Shown piece after piece: positions 43,464 to 53,723 of a DNA stretch of 64,000 nucleotides. The stretch is taken from positions 12,635-76,634 of the forward strand of contig CAZNYS010000008.1 of assembly GCA_964577305.1 (NCBI GenBank), written 5' to 3'. The stretch's first letter is position 1; every line of letters starts with the position of its first letter. Both the position numbers and the translations under genes were made by a program. The DNA is from an uncultured Rikenellaceae bacterium (lineage in GTDB: Bacteria; Bacteroidota; Bacteroidia; Bacteroidales; VadinHA17). The notes beneath the pieces were generated by a model that searched no databases, was not told the DNA's origin, and was given only the letters and a program-made list of their open reading frames with translations.

Positions 43464-45722
43464 TCAATCTTCAATCATCCGGGCTCCCGGTTCAAGATTT
43501 TCAAGCCAGAATTTTTCCATCGTTTCCCATACATGGTATGATGTGTTTTCCCTTTCATATATACCATGCGATCTCATGGGATATATCATCTGGTCAAATA
43601 ATTTGTTATGTTTTATCAACTCATTGGTAAGCATTTCAGAACTCTGGTAGTGAACATTATCATCGGCAGTACCATGCATTATCAGGAGTTTACCCTGCAG
43701 GTTATGTGCATGCGTTATCGGTGAACCATCCCTGTATCCTTCGGGATTATCCTGCGGAGTACTCATATATCTCTCCTGGTATATTGTATCATAGTTTTTC
43801 TGATCTGAAACGAAAGCTACTGCTATTCCTGTCTTATACAGTTCAGGGTACCTGAACATACAGTTAAGTGTCATCTGTCCACCTCCACTCCAGCCATAGA
43901 TTCCTATCCTCGAACCATCAACGAAGGGATAGGTATCAATCACTTTCCTAACAGCTGCAGCATGGTCCTTTGGAGCCACTATACCAATTTTCCTGTAAAT
44001 AATTTTGCGCCATTCCCTGCCCCTTGGTGACCTTGTTCCCCTGGGATCAATACTCAGAATAAGGTAACCATGCTGTGCCATATACTGATGCCACAGGTCG
44101 CCTCCTCCCCAGCTATTCTGCACAGTAGCACCTGCGGGTTCACCATAGATATATATTATCACCGGGTATTTCTTTGAAGGATCAAAATCGCGTGGCTTTA
44201 TCATCCATGCATCCAGTTCAACCTCACCTATATCTACCCTAAAAAATTCCTTGGGATTCAAACCCAGCTTATCGTATCGGTCTTTAGCTTTCTGGTTGCT
44301 TACGAGCAGACGGGCTTCTTTATGCCCTGGAAGGCTCACAAGTGATATACGCGGAGGTGTAACAACGTTCTGATATGTATGAATAGCCCATCGGGCATCT
44401 GCCGACACCTGGTATGAATGCTGACCCGGCATATTATCCGGAGTAACCTTTTCGGCTTTTCCACTGCCATCCAATCTGCTCCTGTACAGATAACGGTCAA
44501 CAGGTTTATCAGGTGAAGCAATATAATACACATACCCTCCAACAGGATCAATACAGCTTATATTAATAACATCAAAGTCACCCTTTGTAATAAGTTCCAT
44601 CTGTTTTCCATCCCTTGACACTTTATAAAGGTGCAGCCATCCGTCGCGTTCACTTGACCAGGTAAAATACTGCTCATTATCAAGCCAGATAATATTATCA
44701 TGGATATCGAGGAAAGCCTCGTCCCTTTCGGTAAGGATATTTGTCAGCTCCATGGTATTAATATCACCAACCCATACAATATTGGTATTCTGTTTACGGT
44801 TAAGCTGCTGTATCATCACTTCATCCGAACCCGGGATAAAATCCATTCTTGCCAGGTAATTATTACGTGGGTCACCCGGTATATCAAACCACCTGGTTTC
44901 ACCACTGACTGAAGGTATTACCCCAATTTTCACTGCTGAATTGATCGTTCCGGCCTTGGGATATGGCAGAGGTATTGGAACAGAATACACCGAATCAACA
45001 TTGTTTATCAAATAGAAAACACCAGTTCCTTCGGTATCTGTCTGCCAGTAAGCTATATTTTCTCCGTCCGGGCTCCACCTGAAACCATCCCTGCAGTCCA
45101 GCTCCTCTTCATATACCCAGTCGAAGGTTCCATTGATAATATTTTCTCCCCCGTCAAATGTAATCTGGTTTATATTGCCTGTCGACAAATCCTCGACATA
45201 GATATTTTGTTTACTAACATAAGCAACCCGGGTCGCATCAGGTGAAAACTTGGCAAACATCATTGTCGTCCTTTCAACCTCCTTTCCCAGTTGCTGCAAT
45301 TTACCATCTTCAATGTTTAGCACCCAGTAATCTCCCCTGGTATTATATCTCCATACCCTTCTCGTATTAGAAAAGATTAATAGTTTACTGTTATCATCCG
45401 ACCAGGTGTAATCATTTATGCGTAAAGGTTCGGATTCTCCTTCAGGTATAAGCTGAGCCGATGAGATTAATACATAGCGCTTACCTGTCCTGGCATCGTA
45501 CATGACTATATCAGGCGCACCTGTTTCATTATTAAGCTCAAGCGTAGAATATCCTTCAGAGTCTTTCATCCATCTGACAGGACCATATCTTTCCTGGGTG
45601 TATACTCCATCCCTGAAAATATCTTCAAGTTTGAGCTCATTCTTATCCTGAGCATCCAATAAACCTGTGATAATGAATAAAAAAGGCAGTAATAGGAAGC
45701 CTCGTAAATAATAATTCTTCAT
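43464..45722 (-). CDS. Dipeptidyl-peptidase IV (S9B prolyl oligopeptidase family)
   Basis: 752 aa with a signal peptide, a DPPIV N-terminal propeller region, and the catalytic GWSGGG elbow plus C-terminal D/H. Confidence 0.88.
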   Translation of the reverse strand: MKNYYLRGFLLLPFLFIITGLLDAQDKNELKLEDIFRDGVYTQERYGPVRWMKDSEGYSTLELNNETGAPDIVMYDARTGKRYVLISSAQLIPEGESEPLRINDYTWSDDNSKLLIFSNTRRVWRYNTRGDYWVLNIEDGKLQQLGKEVERTTMMFAKFSPDATRVAYVSKQNIYVEDLSTGNINQITFDGGENIINGTFDWVYEEELDCRDGFRWSPDGENIAYWQTDTEGTGVFYLINNVDSVYSVPIPLPYPKAGTINSAVKIGVIPSVSGETRWFDIPGDPRNNYLARMDFIPGSDEVMIQQLNRKQNTNIVWVGDINTMELTNILTERDEAFLDIHDNIIWLDNEQYFTWSSERDGWLHLYKVSRDGKQMELITKGDFDVINISCIDPVGGYVYYIASPDKPVDRYLYRSRLDGSGKAEKVTPDNMPGQHSYQVSADARWAIHTYQNVVTPPRISLVSLPGHKEARLLVSNQKAKDRYDKLGLNPKEFFRVDIGEVELDAWMIKPRDFDPSKKYPVIIYIYGEPAGATVQNSWGGGDLWHQYMAQHGYLILSIDPRGTRSPRGREWRKIIYRKIGIVAPKDHAAAVRKVIDTYPFVDGSRIGIYGWSGGGQMTLNCMFRYPELYKTGIAVAFVSDQKNYDTIYQERYMSTPQDNPEGYRDGSPITHAHNLQGKLLIMHGTADDNVHYQSSEMLTNELIKHNKLFDQMIYPMRSHGIYERENTSYHVWETMEKFWLENLEPGARMIED

Positions 45723-45761
45723 TTTTGTATTTTTTTGATTATATATACCCTGATATTTCTT

Positions 45762-48167
45762 TTAAAGTTTGAACAAAATTTCATATTGCCCACCTGATAA
45801 TTCTAAATTACTATATTGTTCTGATAAATTAATATCTTTTGTTTTCTTATTAGTCACATCATATATCCTGATTTCAGTATTTACATATTGAGGAAGTATA
45901 ACAGCACCTATACATCCATCAGGGATATGGACGTAATAAACATACTCCTTTTCACTCCTTTTTTTCCAGTTTGAGATAATTTCTCCGTAGTTGGTCATGT
46001 AGCTACAATTAACATATTTGAGACTATCAGGAAATTTTGGAGATAGTACGAATCTACTGAAACCCGGGTAAGCCGGATCAGGATTGATCCCTGCCAGGTA
46101 TTTGTAAAACCATTCAGAAACACTTCCAAACATAGGATGACAGTTTGAGTAGGTATTATCACTTTCTTTCCAGGTTTCCCATATAGTATTTGCACCGTTT
46201 TTTATCATAAATCCCCAGCCCGGATAGTCAGTGCTGTTAACCACATCATAAGCAAAAGAGGTTTTCCCGGTTTTTGACAAAGCTGATAGTATATATTTTG
46301 TTCCAAATATACCAGTGGTAAAGTGCCCGTCAGCTTTTTTAATATAGTATTCCAGACTATCCGAAACTTCTTCTACATTATCCTGTGGAATAAGATCATA
46401 ATAAAGCAGAACCGAATACAGAACCTGCTTATTATCAACATCATATCTGGGATATAACCAGAAGTCATTTATTAATAGTTCTGATAGCTTTGATTCCAGT
46501 GCAGTAAATCTTCTAATACCCTGTTTATCATTCATTAAGGCGGCAAATTCTTTCATTATTCCTGCACATTGCAGGTAATGAGCCGTACCGGTTAGTTCAA
46601 CCGGTACACTTTCCAGTGATTCATGATCACTCAAACCAGAACTTACTATGCCATCAGGATGCAATCTGGCGACCTTATCCATCCAGCCAACATCAAGATC
46701 ATATAATTCCTTCACTATATCTGTATCATTATAATAAAGATACAGATAGTACTGTGTTATCAGGAATGCAGATTCCCAGCTCAGGCCGCAATATTTAATG
46801 CCTACATATGGTGCGGTGTCCACAAAAATCGAGTCATTGATGGCATCAATCCAGTCATAGACTGTTTTACTGTAGAAATCCTTCATATCAAAATTATAAA
46901 TAAAGGCTTCACTGGTGGCATTCAGATCACCACCGTAGCCAAATTTCTCACGGGCCGGACAATCTGATTGTACACTTATCAGGTTAGCCCTGAATGTACG
47001 TACAGAAGCATCCTGTATTGAATCAATCAGACCTGAGGAGCAGCTGAAACTGTTAGTATGCAGATCTGTACTAAAGAAAAGACCCCGGATATCTGACAGC
47101 TCAGGTTTGTAATTCAGACCCTTTATTTCCATATATCGATAGGTATGGTAAGTAAATTCAGGGGAGAAATACATTATTGAGTCTTTGCCAAATATATAAG
47201 TATCTGTTTGCCATGCAATATCGGGAGCACCGGGACCTCCCACACCTGCCCTCTTTATCTGACCGCATACAGTAGTCATAGGGTTAAGTTCACCCGATTC
47301 ATATATTCTTTCACCAAAACGGAAAACTACAGAGTCCCCTGATTTGCCCTTCAACATAATTTTATAAACACCGGTGAAATTAACCCCCAAATCTACTATC
47401 CATTTATTATCTGCAAGGCCATATATATCTACAGGGATTATTGTATCTATGACAGCTACAGGAGGGAAAAATTGTTTTTGTAACTGCCCTCCTGGCCCTG
47501 AGTAAATTACAGCCTTACTCCAGTGATTATCTTTGAATCCGGTTTCTTTCCATCCAGGCTCTTTATACGATGCATTATAAACTACTCCAAGATAAACATC
47601 ATTCCTCATTACCGGCCCGTAAGAGAATTTCCATGAATTGTCAGTAATTACCTCCTGAACTGTCCCATCGCCATATTCAATGCTTAATTTTGCTATAAAA
47701 CCAGGTTTCCCAACTGTAAGATTATCTCTCAGATTCAGGTGTCCCCACATTTTAAGGGGCAATGGGTTATAGAAACCATTTCCTAGGCACACACTGATGC
47801 AATTCAGCCCTTTTATAAGGCTTTCAGTAATATCATATTCTGAATAATACACTCGCTTGCTGAAATCAGTCCATGCCGGGCTCAAAATATTGTCTTTTGA
47901 ATAAACGCCATTTATAAAGAATCTGAAGTAGCCTGCTGCTGAAATAAAGAGTCTGGCACTTTCTATATCTTCCTTTACCAGGTATTCTTTTCTGAATAAG
48001 GGTGCCTGATAATTACTGTAGAACAAACTGTCATGCTCTGGTAAAGGAATCGTATCCTGTATCCAGAAAGCATTTTCCAGGTCATGCTGAATTTTTCTAT
48101 CATCACAACTATCGAACAGGACTATCAGGAAGGCCAGGAACAATAAAGTATTAACAGAATGCTTCAT
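45762..48167 (-). CDS. Alpha-L-rhamnosidase (GH78)
   Basis: The N-terminal domain block ARLFISAAGYFRFFINGVYSKDNILSPAWTDFSKRVYYSEYDIT is typical of GH78. Confidence 0.75.
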   Translation of the reverse strand: MKHSVNTLLFLAFLIVLFDSCDDRKIQHDLENAFWIQDTIPLPEHDSLFYSNYQAPLFRKEYLVKEDIESARLFISAAGYFRFFINGVYSKDNILSPAWTDFSKRVYYSEYDITESLIKGLNCISVCLGNGFYNPLPLKMWGHLNLRDNLTVGKPGFIAKLSIEYGDGTVQEVITDNSWKFSYGPVMRNDVYLGVVYNASYKEPGWKETGFKDNHWSKAVIYSGPGGQLQKQFFPPVAVIDTIIPVDIYGLADNKWIVDLGVNFTGVYKIMLKGKSGDSVVFRFGERIYESGELNPMTTVCGQIKRAGVGGPGAPDIAWQTDTYIFGKDSIMYFSPEFTYHTYRYMEIKGLNYKPELSDIRGLFFSTDLHTNSFSCSSGLIDSIQDASVRTFRANLISVQSDCPAREKFGYGGDLNATSEAFIYNFDMKDFYSKTVYDWIDAINDSIFVDTAPYVGIKYCGLSWESAFLITQYYLYLYYNDTDIVKELYDLDVGWMDKVARLHPDGIVSSGLSDHESLESVPVELTGTAHYLQCAGIMKEFAALMNDKQGIRRFTALESKLSELLINDFWLYPRYDVDNKQVLYSVLLYYDLIPQDNVEEVSDSLEYYIKKADGHFTTGIFGTKYILSALSKTGKTSFAYDVVNSTDYPGWGFMIKNGANTIWETWKESDNTYSNCHPMFGSVSEWFYKYLAGINPDPAYPGFSRFVLSPKFPDSLKYVNCSYMTNYGEIISNWKKRSEKEYVYYVHIPDGCIGAVILPQYVNTEIRIYDVTNKKTKDINLSEQYSNLELSGGQYEILFKL

Positions 48168-48175
48168 ATTTTATT

Positions 48176-50602
48176 TTAATCAATATCAATATTATACACG
48201 GCTCCTGCTTTGGTTTCAAATTCAAATATTCCGGCTTCGATTTCTTTTTTCCGCACCCTTTTCCCGTATGTAAATATTCTGCAATCTGAGCCAATATTTA
48301 TCCTGCAATTTTCACCTGCCTTTGATATAATCTCCAGATCTGTCAGTTTATTATTTTTCCATTCAAGAGATAGTTCAAAACCTCCCCTGGCGCAAACACC
48401 ACTGAATTTACCATTATCCCATTCATCAGGCAAAGCCGGCAACAGGTCAATTACTCCTTCATGAGATTGCACCAGCATTTCAGTAATCCCTGCAGTTACG
48501 CCCATTGTACCATCTATCTGCAATGGCGTATAACATTTGGCAAAAAGCTGAGGGTATGCCTGTTCCTTAATATATCCTTTGAAGATTTTATTTGCCCTGT
48601 TACCATCATATAATCGTGCCCACAGGGCCATTTTCCAACCTCTTGAAAAGCCTGTTCCGCCATCACCTCTCTGCTCAAGAACTTCCTTGCAGGCATCAAT
48701 AAGTCCGGGAGTTTTCTTTACTGATATAACATTACCCGGATACAGACCGTACATATGAGAAAAATGCCTGTGTTTTTCTTCAAGCTGTGCATAATCCTCT
48801 GTCCATTCCTGCAATGAGCCGTCTGATCCCACCATCGCGGGTACCAGTCTTTCCCTGGCCTGTTTAACTTTAACCGCAAATTCGTGGTCGAGGTCAAGCA
48901 GGTAAGCAGCCTCAGTATAATATCCGAAAAGGTCGGTTAATATCTGCATGTCAATTGAAGAGCCGTAACAAATAGTTGTGAAATAATACATACCGGTAAC
49001 TTCATCATAGAAGTACCTGTATCCCGGTCCGTCAGGTGGATTTTCCGGGGAATTTGAGGGATTAGTTACAAGCCATTTACCATTTGGATGCTCAACCAGG
49101 AAATCCATAAAGAATTCAACAGAGCCTTTAATCACAGGGTACACATCCCTGAGATAATCCATATCCATGGTATATAAATAGTGTTCCCATAAATGTGTTG
49201 TAAGCCAGGCACCACCGGTAGTGAAAGTTCCCCATGCTGGCCCGTCCATAGGGGCTGCTACCCTCCAGATATCGGTATTCTGGTGAAAAACCCAGCCCCC
49301 GGCACCATAATGTTCCCTGGCAACTTGTGAACCCTGGTCAGTGAGTTCTTTAACCATTGTAATAAGTGGCTCGGCACATTCAGAAAGATTACCTGACTCT
49401 ACAGGCCAGTAATTCATTTCAGTGTTAATATTGGTAGTATACTTTGAGTCCCATGAAGGATTCATATCTTCATTCCATATACCCTGGAGGTTTGCTGCCT
49501 CTGTTCCCTGACGGGAAGAGGATATTAAAACGTAACGGCCAAAATTATAACATAGTGCTGCCAGGTCAGGATCAGAATTATTCTCAAATACTTGCATCCG
49601 CTTATCTGTTGGAAGATATGAATTGTCTGTTTCAGGCAGCTCAAGCTTTACCCTGTCAAAAAGTGTCCTGTAATCATTAACTGCAGAAGTCTTAAGATCA
49701 TTATAGGATTTACCAATGATATTTTCAATATACTCCTCAGCTCTTCTGATTTGATCGGCACTTACATCATTATAACTGACAAAATTGGTAGCTGCCACAA
49801 GGCATAAGGTAACAGCATCTGCATTATCCACTATCAGCTGTGTCCCATCAACTTTCATTTCACCACCCTCGTTAAATGCCTTTAACTGCACACGGTACAT
49901 GATCTTTCCTTCCACACCAAGGTAATCAGCTGATTTACCATTAACCATTAAACCATCGTCACCCACTGCATCCATCCTGAAATAATCAGTGGCATAATTG
50001 GAATGAGCCATGTTCCTGACGCCTCTGAGCTCAGCTTTGAAACTGATCTTATTTTTTCTATCGGCACTTAGCCTGATAATAATAGCCTGGCCAGGAGATG
50101 AAGAAAAAACCTCTCTCTTATATAAAATGCCGCCAGCACTGTACTCAACATGCACTATACCTGTTTTGAGATCAAGCCATCTTTTGTAGTCCGTAATTTC
50201 ACTCTCATTATCAAAAAATATATGGAGATTAGCTGTTGACTGGTATTTCTGTTGTTCAACCGGGTATCCCATCAGGTAACGTCCAAACAGTTTATGTGCT
50301 TTCAATGGTTCTCCATTAAAGATATATTCCTGTATCACAGGTAAAACTTTATATCCTCCTTCAACAACTGTTGAATAAGGGCCACCCGACCAGTATGTCT
50401 CTTCATTTATCTGGATTCTTTCCTCATCATATTTGCCAAATATCATAGCTCCCAGTCTGCCGTTTCCCACAGGCAGAGCTTCTTCCCATTCCTTTGCCGG
50501 CTGCTCATACCATAAAGTATAGGATGGATCAAAAACCCTATCCTGGGAATAGGCAATGGATTGAATACATACGAACAGAAAAAAAACAGCAGCTCCTCTC
50601 AT
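48176..50602 (-). CDS. GH95 glycoside hydrolase (alpha-L-fucosidase-type)
   Basis: N-terminus LWYEQPAKEWEEALPVGNGRLGAMIFG...ETYWSGGP; length 808 aa. Confidence 0.85.
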   Translation of the reverse strand: MRGAAVFFLFVCIQSIAYSQDRVFDPSYTLWYEQPAKEWEEALPVGNGRLGAMIFGKYDEERIQINEETYWSGGPYSTVVEGGYKVLPVIQEYIFNGEPLKAHKLFGRYLMGYPVEQQKYQSTANLHIFFDNESEITDYKRWLDLKTGIVHVEYSAGGILYKREVFSSSPGQAIIIRLSADRKNKISFKAELRGVRNMAHSNYATDYFRMDAVGDDGLMVNGKSADYLGVEGKIMYRVQLKAFNEGGEMKVDGTQLIVDNADAVTLCLVAATNFVSYNDVSADQIRRAEEYIENIIGKSYNDLKTSAVNDYRTLFDRVKLELPETDNSYLPTDKRMQVFENNSDPDLAALCYNFGRYVLISSSRQGTEAANLQGIWNEDMNPSWDSKYTTNINTEMNYWPVESGNLSECAEPLITMVKELTDQGSQVAREHYGAGGWVFHQNTDIWRVAAPMDGPAWGTFTTGGAWLTTHLWEHYLYTMDMDYLRDVYPVIKGSVEFFMDFLVEHPNGKWLVTNPSNSPENPPDGPGYRYFYDEVTGMYYFTTICYGSSIDMQILTDLFGYYTEAAYLLDLDHEFAVKVKQARERLVPAMVGSDGSLQEWTEDYAQLEEKHRHFSHMYGLYPGNVISVKKTPGLIDACKEVLEQRGDGGTGFSRGWKMALWARLYDGNRANKIFKGYIKEQAYPQLFAKCYTPLQIDGTMGVTAGITEMLVQSHEGVIDLLPALPDEWDNGKFSGVCARGGFELSLEWKNNKLTDLEIISKAGENCRINIGSDCRIFTYGKRVRKKEIEAGIFEFETKAGAVYNIDID

Positions 50603-50788
50603 GATCCGGTTTTTTTAGTGATTCTGGATTTTTATTTAATAACAAAGTAACATTAATTATTAGAAATCGGTCCTTCTCAACATGAAAAGAAATAAGAACT
50701 ACAATTTAAATATATTTTCAAGACTCACATATTGATATCCAGCACTTTAACAATAGACCCGAAATATCAATTTTTCACATTTTTTTTG

Positions 50789-50796
50789 TATATTTG
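50789..50796 (+). promoter_or_regulatory. -7 promoter box TATATTTG for ppdK
   Basis: Exact TAnnTTTG match, 48 nt upstream of the ATG at 50844. Confidence 0.5.
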
Positions 50797-50843
50797 CGAC
50801 TTGAATTTTTTAGAAGAATAATTAATATAAAAAAATAGAATCA

Positions 50844-53552
50844 ATGGCTAAGGTAAAAAGAGTTTACACTTTTGGAGACAAAAAAGCCGAGGGCAACACA
50901 GGTATGAAAAATTTGCTTGGTGGCAAGGGAGCCAACCTGGCTGAAATGAACCTGACAGGTGTACCAGTACCTCCAGGTTTCACAATTACAACTGATGTTT
51001 GTACCGAGTATAATGAGATGGGCAGGGAAAAAGTTGTTGAATTAATCAAAGATGATGTTGAGGTTGCGATAGGGAATATTGAAAAAATAATGGGATCAAA
51101 GTTTGGTTCCAGGGATAATCCATGCCTGGTGTCTGTTAGATCAGGTGCGAGGGTATCGATGCCCGGAATGATGGATACAGTATTAAACCTGGGGATGAAT
51201 GATGATGCGGTTATAGGTCTAGCAAACAAAACAGGTAATGCAAGATTTGCTTGGGACTCATATCGCAGGTTTGTACAGATGTATGGTGATGTTGTAATGG
51301 GCCTTAAACCTGAATCAAAAGAAGATGTTGATCCTTTTGAAGAGATAATAGAGGCCTTGAAGGACGAAAGAGAGATACAAGATGACATTGAACTTACAGT
51401 GGACGACCTCAAATTGCTGGTAACAAAGTTTAAAAAAGCTGTAAAAGACAAAACTGGTCTTGATTTTCCTGCTGATCCCTGGGAACAGCTGTGGGGATCA
51501 ATATGTGCTGTTTTTGACAGCTGGATGAACCAGCGCGCCAGGTACTACCGCCAGATGAACAATATACCCGAAGAATGGGGAACAGCTGTGAATGTACAGG
51601 CTATGGTATTTGGTAATATGGGTAAAAAATCCGGAACAGGAGTGGCATTCACCCGTGATGCAGCCACAGGAGAAAATATTTTTAATGGCGAGTATCTCAT
51701 TGATGCCCAGGGTGAAGATGTTGTTGCAGGTATAAGAACACCGCAGCAGATAACACATGAAGGATCATTGCGCTGGGCCAAACTGGCAGGAATAAGTGAA
51801 GAAGAAAGAGCTTCAAAGTACCCTTCACTGGAGGAGGTAATGCCTGAAGTATACCAGGAATTGTTTACAATCCAGAAAAAGCTTGAAGATCATTATAGTG
51901 ATATGCAGGACCTCGAATTTACCATTCAGGATGGGAAATTATGGTTGCTGCAAACAAGGAATGGCAAGAGAACAGCTGCTGCCATGCTCAAAATAGCTAT
52001 TGACCTGCTTAAAGAAGGAAAAATTGACGAAAAAACAGCATTACTCCGCCAGGAACCAAATAAGCTTGATGAATTACTGCACCCGGTATTCGACGAAAAT
52101 GCACTGAAAAGTGCAGTTGTGATAGGCAAAGGTTTGCCTGCTTCACCTGGTGCAGCTACAGGCCAGATAGTGTTTTTTGCTGACGAAGCAGGTAAATACC
52201 CTGCATCAATACTGGTTCGTATTGAGACATCACCCGAGGACCTTGAAGGAATGAACATAGCCAGGGGTATACTAACTGCACGGGGTGGGATGACTTCACA
52301 TGCTGCTGTTGTCGCAAGGGGAATGGGTAAATGCTGTGTGTCAGGTGCAGGCAATATTAGCATTAACTATAAAACACGCACCATGAAAGCCAGAGATAAA
52401 ACCTTCAACGAAGGTGACTGGATATCTTTGAATGGTAGTACCGGCGAGGTATATGAATCAAAGATTGCTTCAATAAATCCCCAGATGGGTGGTGATTTTG
52501 GCAAGATAATGGACCTGGCAGAAAAGTATACAAGGATGGATGTAAGAACCAATGCCGATACACCCAAAGATGCTAAGATAGCCAGGCAATTTGGAGCTAA
52601 AGGAATAGGACTGACCCGTACTGAACATATGTTCTTCGAAGGTGACAGGATAATCGCCATGAGAGAGATGATCCTTGCTGATAGCGAAAAAGACAGACGG
52701 CAAGCTCTTGAAAAGCTCCTTCCCTACCAGAGAGAGGATTTTGAAGGTATACTGGAAGCAATGCAGGGATATGGTGTTACTATAAGATTACTTGACCCTC
52801 CACTTCACGAATTTGTGCCTCATGAAGAGGAGAACCAGGCCGAAATGGCCAAAGAAATGGGAATCACAGCAGATGAGGTTAAGGCAATGGTGGATTCACT
52901 CCACGAATTTAATCCCATGCTTGGCCACCGTGGTTGCCGTCTCGGAAATACTTATCCCGAAATAACAGAAATGCAGGCAAGAGCAATTATTGAAGCTGCA
53001 TGTAATCTTAAAAAGAAAGGTATTGATGCTAAACCTGAAATAATGGTTCCCCTTATTGGGACAGTAGAAGAACTTAAATTACAGGATCAGATAATACGGG
53101 AAACTGCTGAAACAGTATTCAAAGAGAAAGATATAAGGGTGGATTATCTCGTCGGAACAATGATAGAGATACCACGTGCAGCACTTACAGCTGGTAAGGT
53201 GGCTGAAGTAGCTGAATTCTTCTCCTTCGGTACCAATGACCTTACGCAAATGACATTTGGCTATTCAAGGGATGACGCCGGTTCATTCCTTCCTGTATAC
53301 CTTAAGAAAGGAATACTGAAAGATGATCCTTTCCAGATCCTGGACCAGGAAGGTGTTGGCCAACTGGTACGAATGGGAACAGAAAGGGGCCGTGCTGCAA
53401 GGAAAAACCTCAAGGTTGGTATCTGCGGTGAACATGGTGGTGAACCAAGTTCAGTTGAATTCTGCGATTCTGTGGGAATGAACTATGTAAGCTGTTCTCC
53501 TTTCAGGGTTCCAATAGCAAGATTGGCTGCCGCACAGGCAAATATCCGATAA
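50844..53552 (+). CDS. ppdK: Pyruvate, phosphate dikinase
   Basis: 902 aa with the phosphohistidine motif GGMTSHAAVVARGMGK and the C-terminal PEP-utilising TIM-barrel blocks. Confidence 0.95.
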   Translation: MAKVKRVYTFGDKKAEGNTGMKNLLGGKGANLAEMNLTGVPVPPGFTITTDVCTEYNEMGREKVVELIKDDVEVAIGNIEKIMGSKFGSRDNPCLVSVRSGARVSMPGMMDTVLNLGMNDDAVIGLANKTGNARFAWDSYRRFVQMYGDVVMGLKPESKEDVDPFEEIIEALKDEREIQDDIELTVDDLKLLVTKFKKAVKDKTGLDFPADPWEQLWGSICAVFDSWMNQRARYYRQMNNIPEEWGTAVNVQAMVFGNMGKKSGTGVAFTRDAATGENIFNGEYLIDAQGEDVVAGIRTPQQITHEGSLRWAKLAGISEEERASKYPSLEEVMPEVYQELFTIQKKLEDHYSDMQDLEFTIQDGKLWLLQTRNGKRTAAAMLKIAIDLLKEGKIDEKTALLRQEPNKLDELLHPVFDENALKSAVVIGKGLPASPGAATGQIVFFADEAGKYPASILVRIETSPEDLEGMNIARGILTARGGMTSHAAVVARGMGKCCVSGAGNISINYKTRTMKARDKTFNEGDWISLNGSTGEVYESKIASINPQMGGDFGKIMDLAEKYTRMDVRTNADTPKDAKIARQFGAKGIGLTRTEHMFFEGDRIIAMREMILADSEKDRRQALEKLLPYQREDFEGILEAMQGYGVTIRLLDPPLHEFVPHEEENQAEMAKEMGITADEVKAMVDSLHEFNPMLGHRGCRLGNTYPEITEMQARAIIEAACNLKKKGIDAKPEIMVPLIGTVEELKLQDQIIRETAETVFKEKDIRVDYLVGTMIEIPRAALTAGKVAEVAEFFSFGTNDLTQMTFGYSRDDAGSFLPVYLKKGILKDDPFQILDQEGVGQLVRMGTERGRAARKNLKVGICGEHGGEPSSVEFCDSVGMNYVSCSPFRVPIARLAAAQANIR

Positions 53553-53563
53553 ATTGGAATATT

Positions 53564-53621
53564 GGATTAATGGAATAATGGGTTATCAGAAAACTATCTC
53601 TTCCCAGTATTCCGTTAATCC
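53564..53621 (+). terminator. Long hairpin downstream of ppdK, built from octamer-repeat arms (likely terminator; member of a dispersed repeat family)
   Basis: GGATTAATGGAATAATGGG, a 20-nt loop, then CCCAGTATTCCGTTAATCC (19-bp stem with 2 mismatches), followed by a T-rich tract. Confidence 0.55.
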
Positions 53622-53690
53622 ATTATTTCTTCTCTAGGTACAATTCATAATCCAGGGCGAAAATTTCATCTATCTCCCTCAAATATTTTA

Positions 53691-53698
53691 TACCTTTG
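53691..53698 (+). promoter_or_regulatory. -7 promoter box TACCTTTG for pckA
   Basis: Exact TAnnTTTG match, 26 nt upstream of the ATG at 53724. This supports that ATG over the TTG at 53703. Confidence 0.5.
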
Positions 53699-53723
53699 GT
53701 TCTTGAACCCAAAATTTACAGTA

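Noticed and set aside
43378-43474. GATTAAGATTTAAG / CTTAAATC inverted 8-9-mers and TCTTCAA x2 around the DPP4 stop codon
   Set aside because: The complementarity is very short with a ~56-nt loop. The TCTTCAA duplication lies partly inside the DPP4 coding end (…MIED-stop). I mention it only as a weak possible member of the repeat-arm pattern.
50864-51451. Long antisense ORFs inside well-supported genes (195 aa in ppdK). Others are 55338..55913 in plsY, 28559..29056 in the DAHPS gene, 57895..58365 in aspC, 32336..32800 and 31031..31459 in the kinase gene, and 51926..52363
   Set aside because: They are low-complexity Ser/Ile/Pro/Phe-rich translations in the codon-register antisense frame of strongly recognisable genes. 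These are shadow ORFs caused by avoidance of TTA/CTA/TCA codons in the sense gene.
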